Source of the DNA: Nanobdellati archaeon
GTDB lineage: Archaea; EX4484-52; GLR71
Reading direction: 5' to 3'
DNA length: 64,000 nt
Assembly: GCA_019429005.1 (NCBI GenBank)
Contig: JAHYJR010000004.1
Coordinates: 1 to 64,000 of the forward strand
This document shows, one piece after another, positions 19,256-29,338 of the stretch. The notes under the pieces are model-generated. The model had not been told where the DNA came from. It saw only the letters and a list, made by a program, of their open reading frames with translations, and did not search any database. How positions within the stretch are numbered: the stretch's first letter is position 1; every line of letters starts with the position of its first letter. The translations under genes and the position numbers were made by a program.

Positions 19256-20683
19256 TTATTTCTGACCGTATTCTTTGAATAATGGTGATTTTAAACAATA
19301 ATTTGAAGATGAAAAATCCATACTTTTAAAAGCAGTCTTTAAATATTGACTATCTAAATTTTCTAATATAGCCGAAATAGCACTACTTGTCTTTAATCCA
19401 GGTGAACTCTTACTTGAGCGACCTGTTGAATAAAACGGAATATTTCGTTCCTTAACAACTTTAGGGAACATAAATTCATCAGGTATATTTTCAAGGTCAA
19501 TATCAGAAATATTGAATACATCTTTAGATCCTTTTTCAAGATTATATCTTAGAGCAGCTGCAAGAATATAGCCTGAAAGCACTCTTTGTTCATCAGGAGC
19601 AATTGGTATCGCATTATACATAAAATAATCTAATCCATATAAAATACCATCCTGCATAAGTAAAGTAACATCATCAATTTGCTTTAAATCAATGATATCT
19701 TTTAATTTTTTATTTTGATCCATAAGATGATATATCACTTTCTTATTAGATAAATCTGAAATCAATAATTGATAATCATTATTACCATCTACCGTTATAC
19801 GGCTACCCTTATGTAATATTGACCTATCATCAATTCTAAATGGAAACACAAATTTATCTTTTGAAAAAGAAAGCATTTTTGTTTCGGTCTCAAACACAGA
19901 ATCTAATTTTGAGTTAACATAATCAATTGCAGTATAAAAATTTTTATTTCCTAAAAAGCCTTTAAAATCCCATGGTTTTTCCCATTGATCCAATGTCACA
20001 AAAATTGAATTTTGTGTAAGATTTAACATCAAATTTGACAAAAGTTTTTCACTAAATTCTTTAAGTGAATTAGATTCATTAGAATATAATAATACTTCAT
20101 TTTGCATTTTATCAAATCGTAATAAGATTTCATCTTTCTTTTTTGTTAAAACTGCTGATGACACCATATCATCATTAAAAGATTTTTTTATGTTTGAAAA
20201 TAATTCATTAATTATGTTTTCAGTTGGTGCTTCCACCGATGAAGATGAACTATTATCTGAAATATCTTTAGATGTTAAAGGTATCCTAAATTTTTTTCCG
20301 CCAACAATAATTGTTCTTTCAAAACGAGAAATATCAACAGGATCTAAAACAACCATTGATAAAGCGGGTTTACCCATATCTTTTATTTCGCTTGAAAGAG
20401 CATCGGCATAAAGTATACCAACAAAATTATTTATAAAATAACCAAAAGTTCCACCACATTCAAAAAGAACAATATCTTCAACATTATCATGAGCATATTT
20501 CAATAATTCTTTCTGTTGAGATAAAATAAGATTTCCATCTAACAAATCTAATAATCTTTTACGATTATTTATAACAGAAATAGGATTCTCTGAAGAAATA
20601 TTTGAATAATAACCAACCTGGTCATTAAATGAACCTTCAGATAACCAATTATTTTTGTTACGTAAATTAATAATAAACACCAA
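19256..20683 (-). CDS. Hypothetical 475-aa protein (weak BshC/HUP-like N-terminus)
   Basis: Long ORF with TTG/GTG start, 25 nt upstream of the radical SAM gene; fold suggestion is by eye only. Confidence 0.6.
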   Translation of the reverse strand: MVFIINLRNKNNWLSEGSFNDQVGYYSNISSENPISVINNRKRLLDLLDGNLILSQQKELLKYAHDNVEDIVLFECGGTFGYFINNFVGILYADALSSEIKDMGKPALSMVVLDPVDISRFERTIIVGGKKFRIPLTSKDISDNSSSSSVEAPTENIINELFSNIKKSFNDDMVSSAVLTKKKDEILLRFDKMQNEVLLYSNESNSLKEFSEKLLSNLMLNLTQNSIFVTLDQWEKPWDFKGFLGNKNFYTAIDYVNSKLDSVFETETKMLSFSKDKFVFPFRIDDRSILHKGSRITVDGNNDYQLLISDLSNKKVIYHLMDQNKKLKDIIDLKQIDDVTLLMQDGILYGLDYFMYNAIPIAPDEQRVLSGYILAAALRYNLEKGSKDVFNISDIDLENIPDEFMFPKVVKERNIPFYSTGRSSKSSPGLKTSSAISAILENLDSQYLKTAFKSMDFSSSNYCLKSPLFKEYGQK

Positions 20684-20690
20684 TTTTTAA

Positions 20691-20900
20691 TTTATTTACT
20701 TAAATTTATTTACTTAAATTTATTTACTTAAATTTATTTGCTTAAATTTATTTGCTTAAATTTATTTACTTAAATTTATTTACTTAAATTTATTTACTTA
20801 AATTTATTTGCTTAAATTTATTTGCTTAAATTTATTTACTTAAATTTATTTACTTAAATTTATTTGCTTAAATTTATTTGCTTAAATTTATTTACTTAAT
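20691..20900. repeat. Tandem repeat, 14-bp unit TTTATTT(A/G)CTTAAA x15
   Basis: Counted directly; variant order AAAGG AAAGG AAGGA; no spacers. Confidence 0.97.
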
Positions 20901-20939
20901 ATTACATAATATTAACTTTTTAAAGGTTAATATTATCTT

Positions 20940-21623
20940 TTATAGTATTAATTTGTCAATATCTTCTAATTTTGATATAACTAAATCAACTTTATTTGAT
21001 AATATACAAGATGTTATCTCTTTTGAAAATAATATCACTTTAAAACCTAATTTTTTTACAACTTCTAAATCTGTTTTATATGAGTCACCAACAAATACTG
21101 TATTTGAAGGACTTAATCTATACATTTTGAATAAATATTCATACATAACAATATCGGGTTTTATTGTACCTGTTTCATTAGGTGATATAATAAAATCAAA
21201 AGAGTCTAATAAATTAACCTTATTTAATTTTTCTCTTGCATAAAGTGAATTTGTTAATACACCCAATATAATACCACGTTTTCTTAATAATCTTAAATAT
21301 TTGATTTGGTCATTATCAATAGTCAAATTATCTAAAATATATTGCCTTAAATCATTATTCATATTTATAGCAAGTTTTTTATCTAGATTTATAAATAATA
21401 AAAGCTCTATGAATATTTCTTCATCATTTACATTTGATAAACTATAAGGCTCCTTACTTAGTTTTTTTAATGCAAAATCATAAGCTTGATAAAAAATTTC
21501 TTTTTTAATGTTTTTGGGCTTGATATAATTATTATAAACTAATTCATTTGCGTCATTCAGAAATGATTTGAATGGTATTAAAACGTCATCCAAATCAAAA
21601 ATAATATATTTAATATCCATCAT
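20940..21623 (-). CDS. HAD-superfamily hydrolase (phosphatase)
   Basis: IFDLDDVL motif I, LTNS motif II, KPD motif III, VGDS...D motif IV. Confidence 0.92.
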   Translation of the reverse strand: MMDIKYIIFDLDDVLIPFKSFLNDANELVYNNYIKPKNIKKEIFYQAYDFALKKLSKEPYSLSNVNDEEIFIELLLFINLDKKLAINMNNDLRQYILDNLTIDNDQIKYLRLLRKRGIILGVLTNSLYAREKLNKVNLLDSFDFIISPNETGTIKPDIVMYEYLFKMYRLSPSNTVFVGDSYKTDLEVVKKLGFKVILFSKEITSCILSNKVDLVISKLEDIDKLIL

Positions 21624-21649
21624 TTTACTTAAAAAGATAAATTAATATA

Positions 21650-22312
21650 TTATAAAATACCATTTTTTTGAAGTAAAAAAGTCGCTGCAGAAGTACCATC
21701 TACAATTGGATATTCTGGAAAACATTCATCTAATACATCTTGTTTTATATAAGATGGTTTAGATGCTAATTCATCACCAAATCCCGCAAAACCGCTAACA
21801 GGTGCCATATATATTAAAGGCATCTTATATTTAATATTTCTTTCATTTATCTTGATTGTATGTGATGCTTCAATCATAGTACCAGAACTTCCACCAATTA
21901 TAATCATTCCATTAATATTTTTTGCAAAAAGTTCAGATTCATCACCATAATTACTTTCACCCATTCTAGAAGGAACAACTATACTATAATCAAGCAGATC
22001 ATCAGATAACTTATATTTTAAACCCGTTTCTGGTAAAATACCAATTGTAAAAATATCATGTTCTTTAGCCATTCTTGTAGCATAATTTGGTATACCCCAC
22101 TCAGTACCACCTGTTAAAATTGCTATATTCGTATGGTTCTTTAATATATCAAAAGATTCTTCAAGAACTTGCTTTACTTCTAATTCTTTTTCATCTGAGC
22201 CACCTGAAAAACCAATTACAATTTCGATACCTTCTTCATCAAGAATTTTAGATAATTTATCCATAATAAAACCGTATATATTTTTGATCATAATTCCAAT
22301 ATTATGATACAA
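21650..22312 (-). CDS. SLOG (Smf/DprA-LOG) superfamily protein
   Basis: IGFSGG, ILTGG..WGIP, TIGILP, IIIGGSSGTMIE. Confidence 0.8.
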   Translation of the reverse strand: MYHNIGIMIKNIYGFIMDKLSKILDEEGIEIVIGFSGGSDEKELEVKQVLEESFDILKNHTNIAILTGGTEWGIPNYATRMAKEHDIFTIGILPETGLKYKLSDDLLDYSIVVPSRMGESNYGDESELFAKNINGMIIIGGSSGTMIEASHTIKINERNIKYKMPLIYMAPVSGFAGFGDELASKPSYIKQDVLDECFPEYPIVDGTSAATFLLQKNGIL

Positions 22313-22485
22313 ATAGTTGTAATCAAAAAGGATATATAAACAAAGATAAAAAAGTTTATATATATAGAAAATATATAATTAATTTTGTGAAAAAAAACAA
22401 AATCGTACATACAATACTTTATATGTATTTTTATTCTATACTTTATTAAAAATATTAAATATTTTTTTAAAAAAGTGATTTTGTT

Positions 22486-23400
22486 ATGAAAGATTCAGAA
22501 ATTGTTAATCCGGACGAAAAAACATATCTACTTACAAAAGATATTGTGCCAACATTGAAATACAGATTGAATGTTCCTATATCTGTAGGTTCTGAAGCCA
22601 AAATCGAAAGATTAGAAAATCAATTTATAAACCAATTTTTTGATTATACCAACAAAGGTAATACAAATGTACACTTAAACCATAGCGAACTTACAAATGG
22701 TGCAATAGACTTATTAAAAAAACACAGTTCAGATAATATTATTTCTTGTGATGAGGTATATTTCCCAAATGGAATCGCAGATGATTATTTAAGTATTACG
22801 AGAATAACAGACCCAGGCAACCCTTCAAATTATAAATTGGGAGAACGACCAGGTAATATACCTCTCAAAACACAACTAAATGTACTTGAACAAAAATATT
22901 CTGGTAAAAAGATTACATTGCTTGATATAGGTGCATTCGGTGGAGATAGCATACTTGACACAGTTAGTATCTTGAACGATAGAAACATCACTGTTGAAAA
23001 TATTGTATTATCAGTATCAAACATAGATGCGATAAATCGCATAAATAATGAAACTAATTTAGATATATATTCACATAAAATATATAATTTTGATGATTGG
23101 ATTGAACTTAGAGATCTTTTCGGTATAGATGGACGTAAAATAAATAAAACAGAAGTACCATCAAATGCTATAACATCACAACAGGAATTTAAAAAAGCAG
23201 ATAAGCTTTTTGCGCCTTATTGGGAGAATCCAGTTAAATGGGCAACAGTTGAACCTGAATATAAAGATCAAGCAATTGAATTATCAAAATCAACATTTGG
23301 TGAATTACAAAAGATTCTAATAGATGATGGATTCAATGTAGATATGAATAAGGTTGCAAAAGATCAATTCGGTATTTGGTCTTTAAATATTTCAAAATAA
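22486..23400 (+). CDS. Type I phosphoribosyltransferase-fold protein, divergent
   Basis: KKITLLDIGAFGGDSI matches the PRPP-binding loop pattern (hhhhDDhh.tG.t) in degenerate form. Confidence 0.65.
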   Translation: MKDSEIVNPDEKTYLLTKDIVPTLKYRLNVPISVGSEAKIERLENQFINQFFDYTNKGNTNVHLNHSELTNGAIDLLKKHSSDNIISCDEVYFPNGIADDYLSITRITDPGNPSNYKLGERPGNIPLKTQLNVLEQKYSGKKITLLDIGAFGGDSILDTVSILNDRNITVENIVLSVSNIDAINRINNETNLDIYSHKIYNFDDWIELRDLFGIDGRKINKTEVPSNAITSQQEFKKADKLFAPYWENPVKWATVEPEYKDQAIELSKSTFGELQKILIDDGFNVDMNKVAKDQFGIWSLNISK

Positions 23401-23439
23401 TAAAATTGTTAGGACGTATATTTAATTAATGTGACTTAA

Positions 23440-23988
23440 ATGACAATGCGAAAATTACAAATTGGTGTTATGGGATCTGCAGCAGATCTTAAATATGAGG
23501 CAAATATTGAAGAAATTGCTGAAGAATTAGGTTCTGAAGTTGCAAAAAGTGGTTCAATACTATTCTTTGGAGCTGAAAAAGATTATGATTCTCTTTCAAC
23601 TGCAGCATGCCGAGGTGCTAAAAAAGAAGGCGGTATTACTGTTGGCGTAACATACAATAAAGGTAAAAATATTTTTCAAAAAGATGCAGACATTATTATA
23701 TCAACTGGTTTAGATCGTGGTGGTGGTCGAGAACTTGTTCTTGTACTTAGCTGTGATGTGGTTATTGCTGTAGGTGGTGGAAGTGGCACTTTAACCGAAC
23801 TTGCAATTGCATATCAGGGCGATATACCTATGATTGTTGTAAATAACACTGGTGGTTGGAGTGAGAAATTATCAGATGTCTTTATTGATGATAGAAAAAG
23901 ACGGAAGATATATGGAGTTAAAACAGCAAAAGAAGCTGTTAAACTCGCAGTTAAACTCGGACGTGAATATCTTAATAAATATAGTTGA
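23440..23988 (+). CDS. LOG family protein (TIGR00725-like)
   Basis: QIGVMGS, ACRGAKKEGG.TVG, R...LVLS.D.VIAVGGGSGTLTELAIAY, GGWS. Confidence 0.92.
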   Translation: MTMRKLQIGVMGSAADLKYEANIEEIAEELGSEVAKSGSILFFGAEKDYDSLSTAACRGAKKEGGITVGVTYNKGKNIFQKDADIIISTGLDRGGGRELVLVLSCDVVIAVGGGSGTLTELAIAYQGDIPMIVVNNTGGWSEKLSDVFIDDRKRRKIYGVKTAKEAVKLAVKLGREYLNKYS

Positions 23989-24006
23989 GATTGATTAAGA
24001 TTAAAA

Positions 24007-24747
24007 TCAATCAAGACCATATGCAGAATCAAATATTTTTTTTGAATCTGCACTTCTTTTATGAAACATCATATCAATAAATTGATATACCTTATCTAAT
24101 TCATAATTCGTATCATCAGGATTATTTGAAAAAAATGAACTACCAAAATCTATAAGACGGCATTCTTGATCCATTGTATTGTAATAGAGATGTTTCCAAA
24201 AATCATCACCATACATTATTCCTGCATTATTAATTACACTCATCATCTCTCCAAAAGAATCAGCAAAACTACTATAATGTTTTCTTATATGTTTCTGCAT
24301 AGAGTAGATAGGATGCCACCCATCTGAATATGCTAAAAATTCTTCAACTAAAAACATATCGTTCTTATTGTTAAAAGGGGATGGTAATGTTTTTTTAAAT
24401 ACAGGACCTACTTCTTTTTGGCCCATCTTTTTAGAGATTTTTTGTTCAATATCACTTTGTTTTAATTTAATAATATAATTCTCTTTAGGTGACTTGTTTT
24501 GATGTAAAAAAACTATATCATAATTATTTTGAACCAAATCATCTTTTAATTTGGTTGGTACCTCATTTGAATATTTTATACGACCATAATGATCTATACC
24601 TTGACTTAATTGAACTTTAGAATTCTTAAAAATATAATTAGTACCGTTTGAACCCACACGTTTTTTTATAAGATCTGTTAGAGGATTAAACGCTTTCAAA
24701 AAAGATGTTTCGTTTAAATTTATCCATTCATCATTTGAAGCCATCAC
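24007..24747 (-). CDS. Protein-kinase-fold (Bud32/RIO/APH-like) phosphotransferase
   Basis: YIIK, LVEEFL hinge, GIMYGD catalytic loop, LIDFG. Confidence 0.65.
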   Translation of the reverse strand: MMASNDEWINLNETSFLKAFNPLTDLIKKRVGSNGTNYIFKNSKVQLSQGIDHYGRIKYSNEVPTKLKDDLVQNNYDIVFLHQNKSPKENYIIKLKQSDIEQKISKKMGQKEVGPVFKKTLPSPFNNKNDMFLVEEFLAYSDGWHPIYSMQKHIRKHYSSFADSFGEMMSVINNAGIMYGDDFWKHLYYNTMDQECRLIDFGSSFFSNNPDDTNYELDKVYQFIDMMFHKRSADSKKIFDSAYGLD

Positions 24748-24833
24748 CTTAATACAAAAAAATAATATTTTAAATGTTTGCTTTTGGTGCTGTCAACTAT
24801 AATATATTTATATTGTAAAATCCAATTTAATCT

Positions 24834-25910
24834 ATGGATGTGAAATCTACAAAAATTACATATAATAAATTGATAAAACAGCATATCAAAATCCTTAAGA
24901 AAATGCAGGAACCCTCTGGACTCTTTATCGCGTCATCTGGCGGTAAAGTTACAGGATATGATAAATCTTGGCTTAGGGATAATTTTTATGAATGCTTTGC
25001 ATTTGAAGCTTTAGGTGATTGGGAAACTGTTGAAAAAACATATGATGCATTACTAAATATATTTCTTAAATTTGAAGATAAAATAGATCATGCAATCATA
25101 AAAAAACCTGAACATAAATTTCAATATATCCATGCTAGATTTGATTCAAAAACTTTTGATGAATTCTGGGATAATTGGGGAAATAAACAAAATGATTCAA
25201 TAGGTGCTATACTTTTTAGAATTGGTGAACTTGAACATCATCATAAAAGGACTATACTTAAAAATAAAAACCATATACGAATAGTCAACAAGCTTGTAAA
25301 ATATCTCAATGCTATCGAATATTGGCATGATGAAGATAGTGGTATGTGGGAAGAAAATGAAGAGGTTCATGCATCGTCTGTTGGTGCCTGTGTTGCTGGA
25401 CTCAAATCTATAAGGCGTCTTGAACATATCAAGGTCCCAAAAATACTTATCTCTAAAGGACGAAAAACCCTTAAAGAATTACTTCCACGAGAATCAAGAC
25501 ATAAATTTGTTGATCTTGCTTTACTTTCTCTGATATACCCATATGAAGTTGTTACAAAAAAACAAAGAGATACAATTTTAGAAAATATTGAGTATCATCT
25601 TTTGAAAGAAAAAGGTGTGATAAGATATAAGAATGATTATTATTACAATAAAAATACAGATGGATATTCTGAAGAGGCTGAATGGACTTTTGGTTTAAGT
25701 TGGCTTGCGATAATCTATGAAAGGATGGGTAAGAAGAAGAAAGCTGAATTTTTTATTGACCATATGCTTAAATCTGTAACTAAACGAGGCGTACCAGAAC
25801 TTTACTTTTCAAACACAGATAAATACAATAAAAATACACCTCTAGGTTGGTCTGAATCTCTCTTTATTGTGGCTTTACATGAGATGAATGAGAAGTATTT
25901 GGGTGGGTAA
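24834..25910 (+). CDS. Glycoside hydrolase family 15 (glucoamylase-like)
   Basis: Y.KSWLRD, KQND, SGMWEE, GV.RY.ND.Y, PEL..., PLGWS. Confidence 0.88.
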   Translation: MDVKSTKITYNKLIKQHIKILKKMQEPSGLFIASSGGKVTGYDKSWLRDNFYECFAFEALGDWETVEKTYDALLNIFLKFEDKIDHAIIKKPEHKFQYIHARFDSKTFDEFWDNWGNKQNDSIGAILFRIGELEHHHKRTILKNKNHIRIVNKLVKYLNAIEYWHDEDSGMWEENEEVHASSVGACVAGLKSIRRLEHIKVPKILISKGRKTLKELLPRESRHKFVDLALLSLIYPYEVVTKKQRDTILENIEYHLLKEKGVIRYKNDYYYNKNTDGYSEEAEWTFGLSWLAIIYERMGKKKKAEFFIDHMLKSVTKRGVPELYFSNTDKYNKNTPLGWSESLFIVALHEMNEKYLGG

Positions 25911-26006
25911 ATATTAAATATAGCACAGAATCTCAATTAATAAAGATTTTATATTTTCTATAATTATAATAACTTTAATAACATCATTATCTATAGGTAT
26001 AAATGA

Positions 26007-27272
26007 GTGATATTAATGAATACAACTGGCAATTTATTCATAGTCGGTATGATAATAATGATAGGCCTTCTTGCACAATATAATTTCAAGAAGACTAAGA
26101 TACCTGATGTCCTTATACTTATTGGTGCAGGATCTATAATATCTTATTTAGAATTAGTAGAAGGTCTAAAAACCAGTAATGAAGGGCTGACATTTATAAT
26201 AATATTCAGTCTTATTTATGTTGTTTTCTATGGTGCATTACCTATAAAGCTCAGAGCAATTTTTTCAACAATGAAATATGCATTTATCTCATCTATTATG
26301 AATCTAATATTAATAACAACAATAATAGGTATTATTTCGTATTATTTGCTTGGATTTGGATGGGTACTAGCACTATCACTTGGTGCCCTATTCTGTGTGC
26401 TTGATGGGTCTATTATAAACAGTATACTTGAGACAATAAAGCTTAGCACAAAAGCTGAAGCTCAGATTCAGACTGAAAGTGCAATAATTGACATACTTGT
26501 AATAGTTGGTGTGCTTTCTATAATGAATTTCTCAACTATGATGTTCAGCGAGATTATGCAAAACCTTACAAGCTATCTTTTCTTAAGTTTAGGTATAGGA
26601 ATAGTCGTTGCTATTATATGGGCATTTGTACTTAAACATGTTGGCAACTATAGTAGTGCACCTATTGGAACCATGGCAATTCTTGTAATACTTTATGCTT
26701 TTGCAGAATATGTAAATGCGAACGGTGTAATTACAGTATTCTTCTTTTCGATAATGCTTGGAAATGTAACAATATGGAGCAAACTTCTCTACAAGGAACA
26801 GAAAGAAAATGTTACCCTATTAAATATTGAAACAAGACATTTCTTTAAGGATATAAGCTTTCTGATACGTACATTCCTTTTCGTATACCTTGGAATACTT
26901 GTTGATTTAAGTCAATGGATATATTTATTATATGGATTTGTTTTCTTCATAATCGCATATATTACAAGATCTATTGTAAGGAGAAAAATAACAAACAGAG
27001 ACCTTGATAAAAAAGAAATATATATGCTTGATGCCATGTGTGCCAAAGGACTTACACCAACTGTTATGCTTGCGGTGATACAGACAGATATTATATTTAC
27101 AAACATAGTTATTGGAGGAATATTTTCTAGTGTTCTTGTAACTTCAATCCTAATATTCCTGATTGATAATGATAAATTTACATCTGTCAATAATCTTATG
27201 ACACGGGCTATAGTGAGATATAAAGAATATATTTCTGAAAAGAAAAATCCTAAATTTAAAATTGAACAATGA
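26007..27272 (+). CDS. Cation:proton antiporter (CPA1/NhaP-like)
   Basis: About 12 hydrophobic segments, IPDVL.LI, ESAIID, FLIRTF.FVYLG, KGL...V. Confidence 0.85.
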   Translation: MILMNTTGNLFIVGMIIMIGLLAQYNFKKTKIPDVLILIGAGSIISYLELVEGLKTSNEGLTFIIIFSLIYVVFYGALPIKLRAIFSTMKYAFISSIMNLILITTIIGIISYYLLGFGWVLALSLGALFCVLDGSIINSILETIKLSTKAEAQIQTESAIIDILVIVGVLSIMNFSTMMFSEIMQNLTSYLFLSLGIGIVVAIIWAFVLKHVGNYSSAPIGTMAILVILYAFAEYVNANGVITVFFFSIMLGNVTIWSKLLYKEQKENVTLLNIETRHFFKDISFLIRTFLFVYLGILVDLSQWIYLLYGFVFFIIAYITRSIVRRKITNRDLDKKEIYMLDAMCAKGLTPTVMLAVIQTDIIFTNIVIGGIFSSVLVTSILIFLIDNDKFTSVNNLMTRAIVRYKEYISEKKNPKFKIEQ

Positions 27273-27305
27273 TAATAGGATTCAATTTTAAGATAATATT
27301 TTAAT

Positions 27306-27899
27306 CTATTTTAGATTCTTAAGATAATCAAAAAGACCCTCTGCAATCAGGTATGTTGGGAATGTAGGTATATCTATATCCAATTCAATCACTTCTTTAG
27401 GTGAAGAGGGAACATGAATAAAAACGGTTTCTATATCCTTATCTTTAATATTTTGAAGACAATTAAAATATGTGTAATTACATATGTATGTACCAGGATT
27501 GAAAGAAATCTTTGCAGGAACACCTTTATTTTTCAAGTTTTCAACAATATTGATTATATCTATTTCAGTCTCATATGCAATCTCTTTTGAGGAATCAATC
27601 TTTTACATTACCATTAGATTTCCATTATTATCTGGCATTTTTGTATGTTTGAAATTCAATCCAATTTTCTCAATCTTAATCATATTTATTCCTAACTCAA
27701 AACCAAAACCAATAATAAAATCGGGTTTGAATTTGTCAATCTTTTCTTTTAGAATAGTCCAACAATCAAAAGTCACAGGCAATTGAATCAAATCAACAGA
27801 TTCAGAATCAAACAGATTATATATACTAGACCCAACATCATATGAAGGATTGCTCTTTAATTTTCCGAATATTTCAAAAGAATAAAGTAAGATTCTCAT
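27306..27899 (-). pseudogene. pcp: Pyroglutamyl-peptidase I, frameshifted near 27605
   Basis: N-half (F..FG....NPS, LPVTF, E.IG.N, PDNNG) and C-half (S.NPGTYICN, FIHVP) lie in different frames. Confidence 0.85.
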
Positions 27900-27969
27900 A
27901 GAATTAATTGATTATTTAAAATTAATTAATCTTTTTACTTATTTGGTCATCAACTGATGTTTTAAGAAT

Positions 27970-28047
27970 TGGTGCTCCCGCCGGGATTTGAACCCGAGTC
28001 ACAAACGTGAGAGGCTTGTATGATTGGCCGGTCTACACTACAGGAGC
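27970..28047 (-). tRNA. tRNA-Glu(CUC)
   Basis: Minus strand GCTCCTG...CAAGC-CTCTCAC-GTTTG...GGTTCAAATCC...CGGGAGC-A-CCA cloverleaf; CCA encoded. Confidence 0.95.
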
Positions 28048-28154
28048 TTAATGCAATCTTTTTTCATTGATATTTTTAAAACTATCTATTAAATGATTCA
28101 TTTAAGAATCAGATTGAATGAACCATAAAAAACAGTATCTTAACATTCCAAACC

Positions 28155-28778
28155 TTAATATTTAATTGCCTTTAAAAACAAATTTTTTAATATTTCTGTA
28201 GATAACTTATAACCTTTATTTTCAGTTAATTTTTCTAAATTAAGATTTAAATTGAAGAAAACTAAATGTTTGGAATCTTCAAGTAAATAATCTTTAGGAT
28301 TCTCAAAAAAATTAGTTATATCAGCATAAATCCACTTTGGTTTCAATTCATATAAAACGGATTCAATATCATCATATTCTTTAACTGCAGTCAAATCAGT
28401 ATCTCTTGACCAATCACCATCCTTACAAGATCCCAAATTAATCGTAACTCTCTTATCAAAAAAAAACATACCTTCAACGAATTTATTTAAATCAGTTTCA
28501 ATCTCATCTAAAGTCCGGCCTTTAAAACTATATCCACCTCTTTCAATTAAAGGATGATAAAAATTAAATTTTAAATTAACATTGCCATACTTACAACTAA
28601 AATCTTTTTGAGGAATATCTATTTTTTTACATGCTGCATCTAAGATATTATTCATAGTCTATAACACATTTCGAGGATTTAAACTGTGTATCTCAAGATT
28701 ACCTATTTTAGATAAATCTATCAAACCGACTTTATCAAAACCATACGCTTCTTTAATTGTATCATAAAAATATGCTAT
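28155..28778 (-). pseudogene. Hypothetical protein, probably interrupted (ATA start at 28778, in-frame TAG at 28659-28661)
   Basis: The frame of ORF 28155..28655 continues 41 codons upstream with a single TAG (..NVL*TMNN..). Confidence 0.5.
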
Positions 28779-28799
28779 TTTAAATACCTTGATTTAATA

Positions 28800-29243
28800 T
28801 TATTTTTCTAAATCATATATAAGATTTCCTTCTAAGCCTAATAAACGTGATATTTCTGAAGTTAAATAACCGGGTTCATCTAATTTGTCAACATCAAGAA
28901 CTCCAAATATTTCTTTTGGAAGTCTTTTTGGATTTTGTATAACACTTTTAATACCATAACCAGTTCCATTAATTTGTTTCATGAAATATTCAAGATCATG
29001 ATTTTTTGAATATTTTGAAAAATCTTTAGTTCCATGCATCTCCAAATGTTTGATATTTAAATCACACGCTTTTGCATAAGAATTAACAAACTTTGATCTA
29101 TTAATATATTTTTGATCAGGTATAATTTCAAAAATAATATGATTATTAATATTTAACTTTATAATTAAACCATCCTCAGACCAATCATATATATTTGAGT
29201 AGTTTTTCTCAAGAAGTCTTAATAATTCAAATGTACTTGTCAT
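28800..29243 (-). CDS. Hypothetical protein (intact member of a tandem paralog pair)
   Basis: 147-aa ORF, TATA-like TTTAAAGT upstream; aligns by eye with the neighbour at 29339-29818. Confidence 0.75.
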   Translation of the reverse strand: MTSTFELLRLLEKNYSNIYDWSEDGLIIKLNINNHIIFEIIPDQKYINRSKFVNSYAKACDLNIKHLEMHGTKDFSKYSKNHDLEYFMKQINGTGYGIKSVIQNPKRLPKEIFGVLDVDKLDEPGYLTSEISRLLGLEGNLIYDLEK

Positions 29244-29338
29244 AAATTCATATATAAAAATTAACTTTAAATCATTTTGGTTTTAAAAAAACAAAATTTT
29301 TAAACAACAAAATTTAATAATAGTTCGAACGACCCACT

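Noticed and set aside
20691-20900. CRISPR array
   Set aside because: Units are contiguous 14-mers with no unique spacers and no cas genes nearby
20878-21243. 121-aa plus-strand ORF
   Set aside because: Starts inside the tandem repeat and is antisense to the HAD gene; shadow ORF
24784-27982. attL/attR pair defining an island integrated at tRNA-Glu
   Set aside because: Only an 8-bp match (TTGGTGCT near 24784) to the tRNA 3' end was found by eye, and no integrase is present
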